A stretch of 64,000 nt of DNA from Macrostomum lignano (lineage: Eukaryota), in contig NIVC01002678.1 in assembly GCA_002269645.1 (NCBI GenBank), positions 1-64,000 of the forward strand, given 5' to 3'. The position numbers and the translations under genes are program-made. This document shows positions 10,764 to 24,028 of this stretch, piece after piece. Position 1 is the first letter of the stretch, and each line of letters begins with the position of its first letter. Under the pieces are notes generated by a model. That model saw only the letters and a program-made list of their open reading frames with translations. It was not told the origin of the DNA and made no database searches.

Positions 10764-13224
10764 GGTTGCAGGAGGCTTGAGAGGGGAGGGAGTGAGGGAA
10801 AAAAGGAAATAGAGATCTAGAACTAGAACCTAGAAACTAGAGAAGAGAAGAGAAGTAGAGAAGAGTTCTAGATCTCTATGGAAAAAAGCACACTCGAAAA
10901 CAAGCTTGTAAAAGAAACTAGCTTGGGCGTGATTGTACCCAATGTATGAATTGTATCACGAATGATTTATGTGATAACTCGAATATGAAATTGAATGCTA
11001 CAGTGCTTCTCAGTCCCAAATATGAATGGTATGACTGCTCTGGTTCTCACTTCTCAGTCCCTGATTGAACCAACTTTGACTCTTGCCTTCGTTGATCGTT
11101 ATCGCTCCCTTCTTTCTTTTCACAATGAAGTAAGAAACACAGCGAACACTCCCAGTGCACAGTCACTGCGAACCCTGGACATTGACAAGGCTTATATTCG
11201 TTATTTTGGGAGCCAGACTCCACACTGTAACGTTTCTGGCCTGGCCCACAAAGGCAATAAATCACTTCTAAATAAAGAAGTTTGTGGAAACATATCTACA
11301 TATTTACGCATGGATCGAATGGATTCAATAGTCAAATAGGTACGCCATGTCTGTTGTGTAGTAGAATTGAGGCAGCGATTCAACAAAGCGAAACAAACTC
11401 ACTTACTCAATCACTCTTGTTCACTCATTCTATTTCTTTTCCCCATATAGACAGCTATTTTGAAAGCAACATCGATACATCACATCAATGAGACTTTTTT
11501 AGTACAGCAAATCTGCATACATTTGTGTATAAAAATATAATTCTCATTTTCGTTAGCGCTTTGTTTGTGCTACAGGCCATATGGTCCTAAAGCTTCTGGG
11601 AGTTCTTTGCCTCATAAACTGAAGAGTTGTGGGTCTTTGTTCCAAATATGATATATGGAGAGCGGGAGACTGATTCAAGGAGATCTAAATATATAAGTTT
11701 TTTCTAGTTCAAGATTTCTTTGACTGATTATATCGTGACCTGAGCGGCGGACCCGCATTTTTTGGTTTATAGCTGCCGCGGGCGTCAGCCAGGCAAGCTC
11801 TGGCAATGCACGGTCTCTTGAAATATCCTAGTCAAATTGGACTTGCAACCAAATTCTGAGTGGGCTTTTTCCTCAAGCTGGGGCCTGGCAAACTGTGGGA
11901 AGGGATGCGGGTTGAGGAAAAGGCAATGCACCGACTAGCTATGCTGCATTTGCATATGCTATACGAAACTATAGCTTTTTCTTTTCGTAATTTTTTCTTT
12001 TGAAACGTGGAGCAAACAACCCAGCAAGTTTAAACCTGGAGTATTTGTGAATAGAAGATGCATGGAGCATGGTCAATTCAAATGCAGTAGTAGCTAGCTA
12101 CCTTAATAGCCAGACACAAATAACATACAGAAAATAACCTACGTAGAAATGCTTACAGGATTGATAGATAAAAACATGTCAGTTAGAGTTTATTGAGACA
12201 GCGGCTTCGGTCAGGTCGCTAGACTTGCTGAACGGGATCGCAGCGCTCGCAGCTTTAGCAATCCTGAACACTGCCGATAGAAGAAGCGACCTGTAGATGG
12301 ATAAGGAGCAAAAGTCTATAGGCTATAAGTCTAAAACTATAGCCTAATATATCGAGAATGACAAATGATTTGTAATTTTTTGTGCTTTTTGTACAATTTG
12401 AAGATGCGATGATGCCAAAAGAAATGGAGTATACATAAACCCAGTTCTGTGAACGGGATAATTTTTTTAATGTACAGTAATATGTATGTCTGTGAGAAAT
12501 AGCAAAGATCCTGACTAGCTGAGTTGACAAATAACAGTTACAGGCCTGTAACTGTCAGGGGACACTTGTCTTATCTGCTTAGAATTTCCATAGAATAGTG
12601 GATTTTAAGTTGCTACCTTGCCCCACCGCAGATGCTAGTCAAGTCAAAGTTATGCTGTATGTATTTCAAGAGTAAACAAAGAAACCTGTTTCTTATCGCA
12701 CACCAGACACATCGCCCTTCAGCTTATCTCCGTCTGTTGTGGTCCCTGGTACGCTCGTCTGGGTTGCAAGCGAATTTGGGAAGCAAAAAATCGGCGGCCG
12801 TTTTGTCAACATAGGTGGGTGGATTCTGCCTAGGGCTCAAGTTCCCACACTATTTGCTCCTTATCTCTCCTAAATGTCTCCTAAATATTTTGAATATGAA
12901 GTAATATAACGCAACCGACAGTCGGGCTGTCAAAACCCAAATCCAAGTTTAGAGTTGTGAAGAGTAGATGAGAAAATTTATGACAATGTTGCTCCTTATC
13001 TCTCCTAAATGTCTCTCCTTGAATTTACAGGACTGTATCGGAATGTCAAGGACGTTGAAGGCTGTGGAAATTTAGGGTCAGGATGTTCTAAAATCAATCA
13101 TGCGACTTTTAGAAACAATAATTAATAGCAAGAAAACGTTGTTTCGATGAACGCAGTCAAGCTCTGCTACGAGCTCTGAATATAATGCTAGCGTAATAAT
13201 AGGGAAAATTTTGTTGGACTCACC

Positions 13225-15188
13225 CTAATTACAATCACCTCCAGCCAGTGGAACAACGTAAAAGAGACCGGTCTCATCAGCTTCTGGCCTGCTGGCACTG
13301 CTGGTCGAGTCTGCAACAGACTTAGGAAGAAGCCAGCATTTCCATTCTGGCTTGCCGATCAGGACTTCTTCAGTCAACCGATAGATTCCAATCCCCAAAC
13401 GCATTGAGCTGTACGGTTGAGAATAAATTTCGCCCTCCGGCTTCAAAACTCGACCAGTTGCGACTCTCTCTTCGGTGATGTGTTCAATTAAGACGCAGAT
13501 GTTTCTTATGAAGCATGCATTATCTCCCATCTTGGAGCTGTACTTTAACGGCTTGACTGGGTCATCATGCATCAAATTCCGGACACATACTATCTCGTTC
13601 ACTGAATGTGCAGCCAGATGCCTAGTTACCTTGATGCGACGTTTGATGGCGCCAAGGTAGTTTTCAAAGGGAAATGTCGTAAAGCTATTAATGTTCCCAT
13701 ACAGTCGGACAAACTGATCAAAGTGCAGTAAGGCATGGATATTGTAGCTGATGGCCTCCTGGCCAAAGTAAATAGCCGTTTGCTCGACAAAAACTTCAAC
13801 GGAGCTTTTAGCCTGATCCCAGTACTTAGTGTGTCTGTCGCTTGAGTAGACGTACATGGCGAAGTGCAGCAAGAGGAAATGGTTGTACAGTAATTCCGGC
13901 AAAAATCCCTTGAACAAGACGGGGCCCAAATAAAGAAGAAACTGCCGGTACTCGCTGGCCTTAAAAAACTTCAGATCAGAAAGTCGACGAGGTCTTCTTT
14001 GAAAATTTGAGGGTGTGTACTTCGTCAGTGCAGCAATTCGGTCGGACAAATGCGAGATTTGATCCTTCTTGACTTTACGGCCACCTTCTGGATCAAAGTA
14101 GAAGTAGAAAAATTTTCGTACAGCACCGAGGCACACCGCGTGTTGAAATTCCACAGGGAAAGAATTTACGAAGTCTACATTAGGCAGTTGCAACAAAGGC
14201 GACATAATTATATTTCCAGTCTTCCGCTGCTGGTTCGATTCCTGACCTGCGCGATACATCTCTCCGCATCGGCTCTCGCCCACCACCGTTGAGAAAGTCA
14301 TTCTCTTCTTAAAATGAATGCCAACAGCTCTGCAATAACCGCATCCAGCATATGCGGTGTGTCCCAGAATGCCACAGATGTACGCTCTGGCCGGCGCATC
14401 GCAAACAAATCGAATTGCTGAAATCGTAATTTGCACGGATTCACTAATTCTTACTGGTGCAGAAAGAAACTTTTTTGCTTCATTACAGAATTCCCGCAGG
14501 TAAGCTTGAAGAGGCGGTTTGCCCTTGCCGGCATAAATTCCAACAGGAAATGGTCTTGGAAAAGCGTCAGGGATCATCATCAGAATCGGCCATAGACCAA
14601 ATTGAGAAGACTTAAAAAGTGGGAGTCCATCCGAATTAAAAAGTGCACAGAAACTGTAGACCCTTGACTCGTTCGTGGAATGTAAATCATCTGGTCTCGT
14701 CAGATTTAGCAGACCTTTTTTAGTAGCATTTGCAGATTCGCACCAATACCGAAGTACCGAAACTGACCCTCTCCCATCGGCTCAAGCGAGGTGTCAGTCT
14801 TCTCACCCTTCAGAATTTTATCAATCATGTACTTCGACCGCGGTGCCTGTACTCCAAGCTTGCGTAGGCCTCCAAGCAGTAGTTTAACTCCGTCACGTGG
14901 CACCTTGTACAAAATGAAGAAGAGAATGAGAAGTGCTTCTAGCTTCTCTTCAAAGCTTCGCTTGTCTTCATCATCAGCATCTTCTTCTTCGCTCTCACTC
15001 TCTGGTGGCGATCGCAACTCGTCAAAGCAAGCTTTCCTGGTGACGCTGGCGTCAAAAGCAATGGGTTCGATTTCTTCTTCCGTCTTCGCCTTCTTCAATA
15101 CCATATTCTCATCAGTTGCCTCTTTTGGTTGCTCATCAAGAAGATCCAGGACAAACTTATTCGCCTTGCGCCTGATAGTCCACGACAT
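13225..15188 (-). CDS. CMC (CACTA/EnSpm-Mirage-Chapaev) DDE transposase, ~650 aa, with one frameshift at 14716-14721
   Basis: GQFRYFGI, FNSDGLPLFKSS...LWPIL (first D, read manually upstream of 14580), CDAPARA..GH..Y..C..C, FQRRPRRL...KASEYRQFLLY.GP, YNIHALLH and FPFEN. Intronless. It has PVEFQH where PxDxMH is usual. Confidence 0.9.
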
Positions 15189-15550
15189 TTTTTGTATTCG
15201 GATTTGAGTAAAACTGTCAGATTTTGACTCAACTTTGGGTTTTGTATTGCATTTACAGTATTTTGAATTTCCTGCCTGCTAAAGCGATATTGAGTGATTT
15301 CTGCTTCGGGGAACAGGAATGCGGAGCGGAACGTGGGGGAGGTTGGGGAGAGGCAGCGGGGGTTGGGGGTCGAGGTTGCGATTTGTGGCTGGGAATTCAA
15401 TAGCCAATAGGGGACGGAGTTTCGAAGCCCGCGTCAAACAAATGAGTTTTAAAACTTGAATATGAATGAAACTTCCGCAAAGTTCCGCTTCAATTAAAAG
15501 CTCCCTTTGCTCATTCATTCTTTTTTTCGGCTCATTTCCACGATATAACA

Positions 15551-18500
15551 ATGAAATTCATTGTTGTTTTTAAAAACGACCGTCAGGTTGTAGAGATCCC
15601 AATGGAAGGCGTAATACTCCCAAGGGAATTACAAGACCTATCTAGGTCGGAATGGCTTGAGAAGAGACACGCAACGGAGCGATGGATCTGTCAGGCTCGG
15701 TACGAGCAAGAGGAGTACCTGGCATACGTCATGCAGGTGAGTAGTACTGAATTCGTTTGGATTTAAACTAGACTATAATTGAGACCGAGGTAGACAATAT
15801 CTACGGGCCAATGACAATACCAACAATAGTGCATGATATCCATCCATTATATCCTAACATTTAAGGTATATCTGGAAAATGAAGACGGTGAAACAGCCTG
15901 CACGGAAGCCAGCATCCTCTACGTGCGAAAGCTGATCCGGAAGGGGTTCAAGATGCCGCAGATCCTTGAAGTACTGCAACCGCGTGTCTTCATGCCTTCG
16001 GATTCGAAGAAAAGGAGGCGAGAATATCAAGCTAATGTAAGTTGCCGGTTGCAGTGTTCACTAGAATGAGTAAATTCAATAAATCAAATTAATAAATGAA
16101 AATTTTAAATTGAACCTCCTTGTCAAAATCCCAAATTCTGCAGATTTACACAACAGAGTCGGAGCCCGACACCGACACTTTCCTGAATGGACGTCCTAGA
16201 GTTCTCGATCTCGGCGGCGAATCTCGCCTCTCTCTACCGGCGCAGATGCTTCTACAGCGCCAGCAACCGGCATCAACCCGTGCGCAACTGGTGGCAATGC
16301 CAGAGTCAGATGAGGATATTGGTGAGTTAAAATTCACTCACTCGACATTCATTCACACATTCACTCCGATGTCAATGATCTATTCACACACCAGTCACTT
16401 ATTTACTCGCCCCACTCATCAACAGAGCCAGAGTCGGGGACAGCAGCCCCAGCGCCACTGCCGGAGTCAGAGACAGCAGCGCCAGTGCCTAAGGCGCCAG
16501 AGTCGGGGGCATCAGCACCTCCTTCAGCAGTGCAAGAGCCAGGAATTCAGTCTACTGCAGACGAGTCGGTGTCTGAGCCAACGACTATTCCGAAGGAATC
16601 AATTGGGGCGGCAGGTGCAGCGGCAGCAGCGCCAGCCTCAGAAGGTGACCCACAATTCCTAAACTTCGGTCCAGGCCACATCAATAAGCTGCGAGAAAGA
16701 GTTCAGGCCTGCATTAACCACAGCCTGACAAGTCCGGAGGGCCTCACGTTTCTCATGCTGACCGTCTTGCGGGCGTCTGGCGTCCTGGAAGCAAGACTGG
16801 CGACTCAGGCGGGTGAAATAGCTGGTCTGCGCAGTGAAGTTGCGGGTCTTCGCAGTGAAGTTGGTCGGCTCTCTGCTGCTTCTTTGGATGTTGAACCGAC
16901 CGGCCCTCAACCAAGCGAAGTCTGGCCAATTTCTACTTGGTCAAAGTACGCGAACTTCGTTTCGTCGCCCGGGGAGACGCTGATTGAGTTGGTAAGTTCA
17001 ACATTTTTTTGGCTTACTCATTCCTTAACTATTTATTCATACATGTGCATAAAATTCACTCACTTATAATTCCCACATTCACCTAACCTTATCCCTTTCT
17101 CACTGGCAGAGGTCGGCGCTGCTTTGCTGCAAGAGTGCGAATTGGAAGATGACCCTCCGTGAAATGCTGAATTATGCACTGACGGCCGAAATGCAGAAGG
17201 TGGTCAACTTCAACGGTCGCGACATGGCCAACAGAGCCCGCACTGCTGGAGTTAACATATCCTTATCGGATGACCTGCTCGGCTTTGAAAAGGTGTTTCT
17301 GCGTTGGTTTCAAGGTAAGATGGCCTTTTAAAACAAAAAAGAGAGCAGTGTTTGAAGCGTTTGTCTGTTGCCCCGAAAATACTACTAAAAGTAGTCAGTA
17401 AAGAATTGATGTATAACTTGTTACAGAAAAATTGTTAACATTATGTTTGGATCACGTAATGTCAATGAAAAAATCGACAAAACCCTAGACGACCGGATTG
17501 CCGATTAATTATTGTGATTGTAATTCAATTGGAAAAATTGTAAAAATTGCAATTCGCTCGTGCAATCAGCTTGCAATCTAGATAAGTGCCTAAGAACCGT
17601 CTTATTCTACTGATAAGTAGTCAAGTTAAAATTGGGGACTTGCGATAATTGCAATCCGATTATAAGAACATAGCAGAAAAAAAGTGTTCTATGTTTTTAT
17701 ATATTCAAATACTTCTACGACCATACACAATATTTATTTAATGAAAATATCTTTATTTTTATAGGTTCTGATAATGTATACTGTTGTTGTTTTACTTCGC
17801 ATTAAAATAATGATCTAACCAAAATAAGTAAACGTCTTGCCGGGTATAATTTTCTTTGCGGCAAATGTGGATATTACAGCGAGCGAAGGCTCCGACGGCG
17901 CTTCTTCAAAGTTTCAAAATCTGTACGAACAGAACCATTTGTTCTTTTAACTTTCTCGTAGTGTGTTTATAATTCAGTCTCAGTCTAAAGTTTTTTCTTT
18001 TCGCACTGAATTTAATTTTTAACATTCACAATGCATAAAGCAAATGTAGATGCCAAGGCCAGGGCAAGGCTATGCCATTCTAATGATTACATTATGGACC
18101 TAATATTTGTTGTGTGATTCAGGTTATTTATTAATTCAGTCCATTCAGGGGCTGTTCAAAAATTGTAGCTATATTTAGCTATATTTAGTTTTTAGCTATA
18201 TTGCCTCTAAGTCAAATCAAAATTGAAACACTCTTAATCCTTTAATAGTGATAATCAATTTTGGGTAATAGTTTGCTCTTTTGGAACTTTTAAATGCCAG
18301 TTTTTTCTTTTGGTAATCCTGCTTTATATTCTAGATTTTCAACTTCCATCCTATTCAATAGCTAGTACTATTCATATATAATATATATTATATTGTCTCT
18401 TTATTTTATTTGCATGTATTTGCTTAGGCCTACTATAAAATAAATTGCTCTCTCTAGACTAGTAGTCCAATGAGTCTATACCTATGCTACCAAGTACCTT

Positions 18501-21500
18501 AGGCCTAACTTTAATTAAATTGAATTGTTATGCTATGGAACCTTAAATAGCTACTAGATATAGCTAGTTTTGAAATATGATTTGAGCATTGACATTGAAG
18601 ACTTGGAATCTGGTCCATTTCGGCAACAAACCATTTTGGTGACACCCATTTTGGTGACTGGTCAATTTGGTGACAACCATTTTGGCAACAATTTTCAAAT
18701 AGGATTTTGAATATATTATTATCTTATAGCTATAAAAAATTTCAGAACTTACACAAATTTACAACCTTTGATTAAATGTCTTGTTAAAACAAATTATAGT
18801 GTAAAACAATTTACATTAAACTTTACAAGCTTTGATAAAACTATGTTAAGACAATTTTTAATGTAAAACTTAAAACAAATGAATTACAATAAAAAAATTA
18901 ATGTTCTTAAGAAACGATGAAAAATTTGAATTCCAATTCAAAATTACAATTCGTATATAATGTTTACTCTTCCATGGGGGCATTCATACCACTGCATGCA
19001 AGCAGCAATGCCTCAAGAGTTTTGGTGCCAGCTTTGTACTCCGCCTAACAATTTCAACAAAATGCCTGCTGGGGGGTCATGTTAGCTGGGGGTAGGCCTA
19101 GTTCACTATACCGTAGATACTTATAATTTTTCTATTATATTTGTTGACAAAATGGTTGTCATTAAATTGACATGTTGCTGAAATGGTTTGTTGCCAAAAT
19201 AGACAGGTACCAAGACTTGAAGTAGCTAAGCAACAGGCCTACTAGACTATAATAAGCAGTAAGGGTGAGCCTAATACTAATTGGGACTGGTATCCTTCTT
19301 TTTTAATTGAACTATCACCTATGCCTATGCTATGGGCATGGCTATGTTTGGATAGCTATTATATTAGCTATAGGCCTAGTTTATATATAGTAGAGCTACT
19401 ATAGTTAGGCTACACAACTTGTTAACAATGCTATAACAGTCAAAACTAGCTACCCTGTAGATCTATATTTTGATACATTTTAGCTATTTTCTTTTTTACA
19501 CAATGCTCAAATCATTAAAATTGTAAACATGCAAAGGCAATGAAAATAGGTCCATGATTAAAATTCTATTGAATATATTGTGTTCATATCAATAGTCTAT
19601 ATAGTATAGACTATATAATCATTAGGTCCAGTATAGCTATTTAGGGAAAATTAATTAATTCATTGACAAAGAATAGATAGCTATATAGCTCTAGTATCAT
19701 AGTAGTGATCTACAGATCTACAGTTTGTTTATTTGATTTCATTGGTATAGTAAAAAAGCTTAAATATTTATTCATCTTTTCAGTACTTCCTGACACATTA
19801 ATTCTCGCTCAAGATCATCCAAAAAGCTTGAAAAGTTTGCAACTCTAAGTTTTGACCATGTCATTCTCTGGTTCCTGAACAATTCCTGAAAATTGCTGAA
19901 TGAACTTTTGACCGCCTTGCTGAAGAAGGTTATAGTACTGAGACAATTTTTGAGAGACTTGATAATGAAATGTCTGTTGATTTGAATGCACAAACCCTTA
20001 AATATGTGAAAATTTTGCAAATATGCAAAAAGCTCATTCTCTAAAAATGTTGCACTTTCTGTCTTAAGGAGGGAGCTACTGCTTAATCTAATAGCTGCAT
20101 TTTTGAGCTGCTCACTTCTAAGTTTAGAATTTTATCAAGTAGTCCTTTCGCCTGCTGGCAATTTCTATCGCTTACGCAATAGCACAAAACAATTGTCTCT
20201 TTTATGCTACTTCTTATCCAAAACTGCCCCCTACTCAGTCATGTATTGTGCAGTTGAAAGATGGTAGTTTCTGCAAAGTAGTTCATTTTCTGAATGGCAC
20301 CAATATTTTAGCTGATGTAATTTTTTTAGATGTCTGCAATTTACAAGACTTTTTGAATCCGTCCAATGTACCTATTGCTGCTGATATATTATGTTTAGCA
20401 AATACTTTCTTGTTTATCTGCCGCCCATCTTCTAACACCTGCACTATTCCAGTGGGATGTAATTTTCTGCATCAGTTTGTTTCAGTCAATAATATTTTTC
20501 CCGATAAGGACTTTTGTCTCGTTATACTGGATTCTTGCTGCCATGAATATGGCTAAATTTGGGATGACTTGAAGCTGAGTAGGAACTGTTAAAACTGAGT
20601 AAGCACTACTAAGAATTGTATCTGTTGCGGATCGTTTTCAAAATATAGATCACTTGAACCAATCGCCATACAATAATTCGCTTATTGCTTGCTAGTTGTG
20701 TATCTTGTTTGATTTTTTGTTGACTGTTGTATAGTAAGAAAAAGTAAAAATATGGGAAAACATTTTGTATGTACTCAAATTTCAATTTAATGACTTTTAA
20801 CGTTTCACTTTCTGTCCAGCTTTAATTTGAGTGTTATATAAATATAGTAATAAAATGCCATCGTGCATATTGTACTAATTGTACATAAACTGCTCAATAG
20901 TAATCAAGTCTGGTCAGAAAAACATCCTCTCATGTGTTTATTGTCTTCCTTACATTAATTTTCTAATCTAAAAATTCAGAACATTGGCAAAAGCCATACA
21001 TGCTACTTAGAGTAAACTGTGTGTCTATCCACCGAAAGTAATTGCAATTGGATTGCGCCAGAAATTGCATAAATTACAATTCAATTGGTCTAAATTGCAA
21101 AACTTACAATCCGCGTGTGCAAAATTGCTAAAATTGCAATTTCGATTGTAATCAGCTTATCCAAAATTGCAATTGACGTGCACACAATTGGCAATTATTG
21201 TACAATTTCGGCAAGTAGATTGCAATTTTCGACAATTTCTTGTAATTTCGGTCGACTAGGGAATGAACTTATTCCAGACGCCATGAATACGATCTACGGA
21301 GACTATTCCACCCGACCAACGGAGAGACCACTTGGTGTTCCTACGAAGGACGAAGTGCGGAAAACATGTATGAACATGTTAAAGCACGCCGCTGACCGTG
21401 TGACGCCTCGCTCTCATCGGCGTCAGGAAGAGCGTCCGACATCTGGAACACCAGACGAGCAACAGCTGGCAAGTGTTAACAACAGCCAGCAGCAACAACA

Positions 21501-21747
21501 AACCTCCGGACCGCAGCAGCAGCAGCAGCCACAAACCCCGGGACAGCAGCAGCCACGAACCCCGGGACAGCAGCAGCCACGAACCCCGGGACAGCAGCAG
21601 CCACGAACCCCGGGACACCAGCAGCAGCAGCCACGAGCAACTGCTGTCGAGCCTCAAGCAAAGAAAAGGCGCGTCTACATCAGCTCTGGTAGTTCAAGTG
21701 ATGAAATACCAGAAGCTTGTGATGACAGCTCCAGTGGCTTTGATTGA
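15551..21747 (+). CDS. CMC-transposon accessory gene (DUF4806/BEN-like C-terminus), 6 exons, exon 6 interrupted by an insertion
   Basis: Phase-compatible GT-AG exons 15551-15736, 15866-16036, 16144-16321, 16426-16991, 17110-17314 and 17427-17482 + 21262-21747. Motifs VVNFNGR and MLKHAADR; divergent from the transposase. Confidence 0.75.
18605..19211. mobile_element. MITE (607 bp) with GG...CC imperfect TIRs and a 7-bp TSD
   Basis: AAGACTT at 18598-18604 and 19212-19218. The ends GGAATCTGGTCCATTTCGGCAACAAACC and GGTTTGTTGCCAAAATAGACAGGTACC are inverted. Confidence 0.8.
20150..20556 (+). pseudogene. 3' remnant, probably of a CMC-type transposase
   Basis: ...QSCIVQLKDGSFCKVVHF... resembles the C-terminal region of animal EnSpm-like transposases; no 5' part is present. 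Confidence 0.45.
21525..21635 (+). repeat. 24-bp coding repeat (TPGQQQPR x~4)
   Basis: ACCCCGGGACAGCAGCAGCCACGA tandem units in the last exon of the accessory gene. Confidence 0.9.
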
Positions 21748-22780
21748 TCTCTGCACATCGGATCACTGCAATCATTGCACATTGCTTTGCTAATACGAGT
21801 ACACGTAGTTCATTGTCGCTCAATGTAGAGCGCAGCGAGTCCATTGCTTAAATCATTTGAATTATCGCATTGTATAAACTGTATTTTATGTTATCGTCAA
21901 GTAAACAATATTTATTACTCGCTGAAAAGCTGCATGTTAAAACTCTGTGTTCTAAACAAGTTAAATATTGCCTATACTGACTCTAACTAAAGACTAAAAT
22001 AAAAATGGCAACAAAAGCTCACTGTATGCACCAAAAGAAACAAGTCTAGAAGTACGCCTGTATTGCTTGTAAAGCTAGCTAAAATTCTGGAGAGGTCATC
22101 AAGAGCAGGAATTTTGAGGAGCTCAATAAATGATAGGCCCACGTGTCGCACATTCACAGTATACTACTGTAAGTAGACTGGAGGGATTTTTTGTCCAACT
22201 ATATTCTGACCGACGCCAGGCGGACGTCGCGCGACGACGGGGCGGCCAAACAATTGGTCCGCCCCAGGACCGTCGTGCGTCCGCGAGAAGCACGTTGCCC
22301 GACTCATGGGGCGCACTCCAATTTCCCACTGGGTAGTACACGAATATAGACAATATATCATTACATGCTTTGCAAAGCCAAAGGCTAATTCCTTTATAGT
22401 GTTATTTTTTACTTTTTATGCAATTTACACAATATGAGTATAATAATCTAAATAGTATAGTTGTAGAGCTAGTATTCTTATAGCATGTTAGCCACATAGG
22501 CCCAATACTCGGCAATAGGTTTTTAATTTTTAAGTTGAATTTCTTTTTTGACTTAGGCCTATATCATTACAATATTTTTTTCTATCTTATTGCAAATTGA
22601 ATACGGATGACAATTTTTATCTGCACTATCCTATGTAGGCTATCTTATTATTATATTTTGCTAACATCCTTTGCTAAAGGATAATGAATGAAAATAATTT
22701 GTAACATCTATGTATTTTATAATTAAATCAATCAAGCAATCAATTTCAGCTCTTGCCAAAAAAATTTGTCTGAGAAAAAA

Positions 22781-24028
22781 ATGTTCAGACTTCCAAACAT
22801 TAGAATTGTTCTGCTTATTCTGTATGGAATGTACATTACAACAGTAAGTGTTAATTGCATTTTGTTTAGATTGTAACTTTTAATTGGATCAATTTGCCTG
22901 ACTTTTACATTTTTCTAATCTCATTTTGCACTTTTAGATGGCTGTTTTTGCCCCACAAAATGTATTTCCTCCTCAGTTAAAGCCCATTGTCAATGGTCTG
23001 ACTTATCAAATTCGATGTATCATGTAAGAACCTTTTTGATAATGAAATTATTATATAATATATTTAACATTTTAACTTCATTTTAATTAACCTATAATAC
23101 TTTTAGCTGCATTCTTGCTTGGCTTGCACATGTTCTAGAGGGAGTCCTAGTCTTCTACTGGTCCAGGTATAGAAAATAATGTTTTCTATAGTGAAACATA
23201 CTATTTTTATATTAGACCATTAAAAACTCTTATCCATCATACACAAGTAGTTCTGATTCTATATTGTATTATCTAGTTTAACATAATAACCTGCAAAATT
23301 TCTTAGATAAAACCTCAATACTTATTTATTCTATAACACTATATCTGTAGTTTCATATTAAAGATCCACAAGTTAGAGAGCCATTTCTAAGATCCTCAAG
23401 TTAGATCACGTGTAGCCATTTCCAAGATCCTCAAGTTATATCACCTGTAGCCATTTCCAAGATCCTCAAGTTAGATCACCTGTAGATATTTCCAAGATCC
23501 TCAAGTTAGCTCACCTGTAGCCATTTCCAAGATCCACAAGTTAGATCACCTGTAGATATTTCCAAGATCCACAAGTTAGGTCACCTGTAGATATTTCCAA
23601 AATCCACAAGTTAGGTCACATGTAGCCATTTCCAAGATCCACAAGTTAGGTCACCTGTAGATATTTCCAAGATCCACAAGTTAGGTCACCTGTAGATATT
23701 TCCAAGATCCACAAGTTAGGTCACATGTAGCCATTTCCAAGATCCACAAGTTAGGTCACCTGTAGCCATTTCCAAGATCCACAAGTTAGGTCACCTGTAG
23801 ATATTTCTAAGATCCACAAGTTAGGTCACCTGTAGCCATTTCCAAGATCCTAGTTTACAGTTAGTCTTTACATCAGTTCTTTTGTCTTTTTTCTAATTTT
23901 GCAGAAAAGTAGGCGACACCTGGACAGAATCAGTCCTGTGGTTTCTGCAGACGTCTTTGGTCGGCTATCCATCAACGTCGATCAAACTGCAACACTATAG
24001 GGAGGCTAACCATAAAAGAAAGGCATAG
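22781..24028 (+). CDS. TMEM254: TMEM254-like small membrane protein (~110 aa), 4 exons
   Basis: Exons 22781-22843, 22938-23023, 23107-23166 and 23905-24028, all GT-AG and phase-compatible. Protein MFRLPNIRIVLLILYGMYITTMAVFAPQ...AWLAHVLEG...WFLQTSLVGYPS matches the TMEM254 motifs AWxxHVxE and WFLQTxxxGxxS. Confidence 0.8.
23361..23850 (+). repeat. 35-bp minisatellite, ~14 units, in intron 3 of the TMEM254-like gene
   Basis: GTAGCCATTTCCAAGATCCWCAAGTTAGRTCACCT contiguous units with no spacers. Confidence 0.95.

Larger units (their letters stand above)
17483..21261. mobile_element. Non-autonomous CMC-like element (3779 bp) nested in exon 6 of the accessory gene
   Basis: Termini CCCTAGACGACCGGATTGC and GTAATTTCGGTCGACTAGGG are inverted repeats; AA on both flanks; subterminal arrays of AATTGC/GCAATT. 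Confidence 0.8.
13225..21747. mobile_element. CMC/EnSpm-type DNA transposon (minimal extent; termini not identified)
   Basis: Divergent transposase plus spliced accessory gene. A possible right end is ...CCACTGGG near 22333, but I found no convincing left TIR. Confidence 0.75.

Noticed and set aside
9400-13100. Short ORFs at 10028, 10995, 11047, 12255 and 12632
   Set aside because: No motifs, no convincing splice structure, and an AT-rich intergenic composition.
19850-19885. LFRNQRMTWSK resembling homeodomain helix 3 (WFQNRRMKWKK)
   Set aside because: It lacks the key Trp and any helix 1/2 pattern, and an 11-aa match in a TE remnant is likely chance.
11152-22333. CCCAGTG (11152) and CACTGGG (22333) as TIRs of the outer CMC element
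   Set aside because: Only a 7-bp match, with no matching TSD or subterminal similarity.
23361-23850. 35-bp repeat array as a CRISPR array (also the 31-, 42- and 59-bp arrays)
   Set aside because: The units are contiguous with no unique spacers, there are no cas genes, and the context is eukaryotic and intronic.
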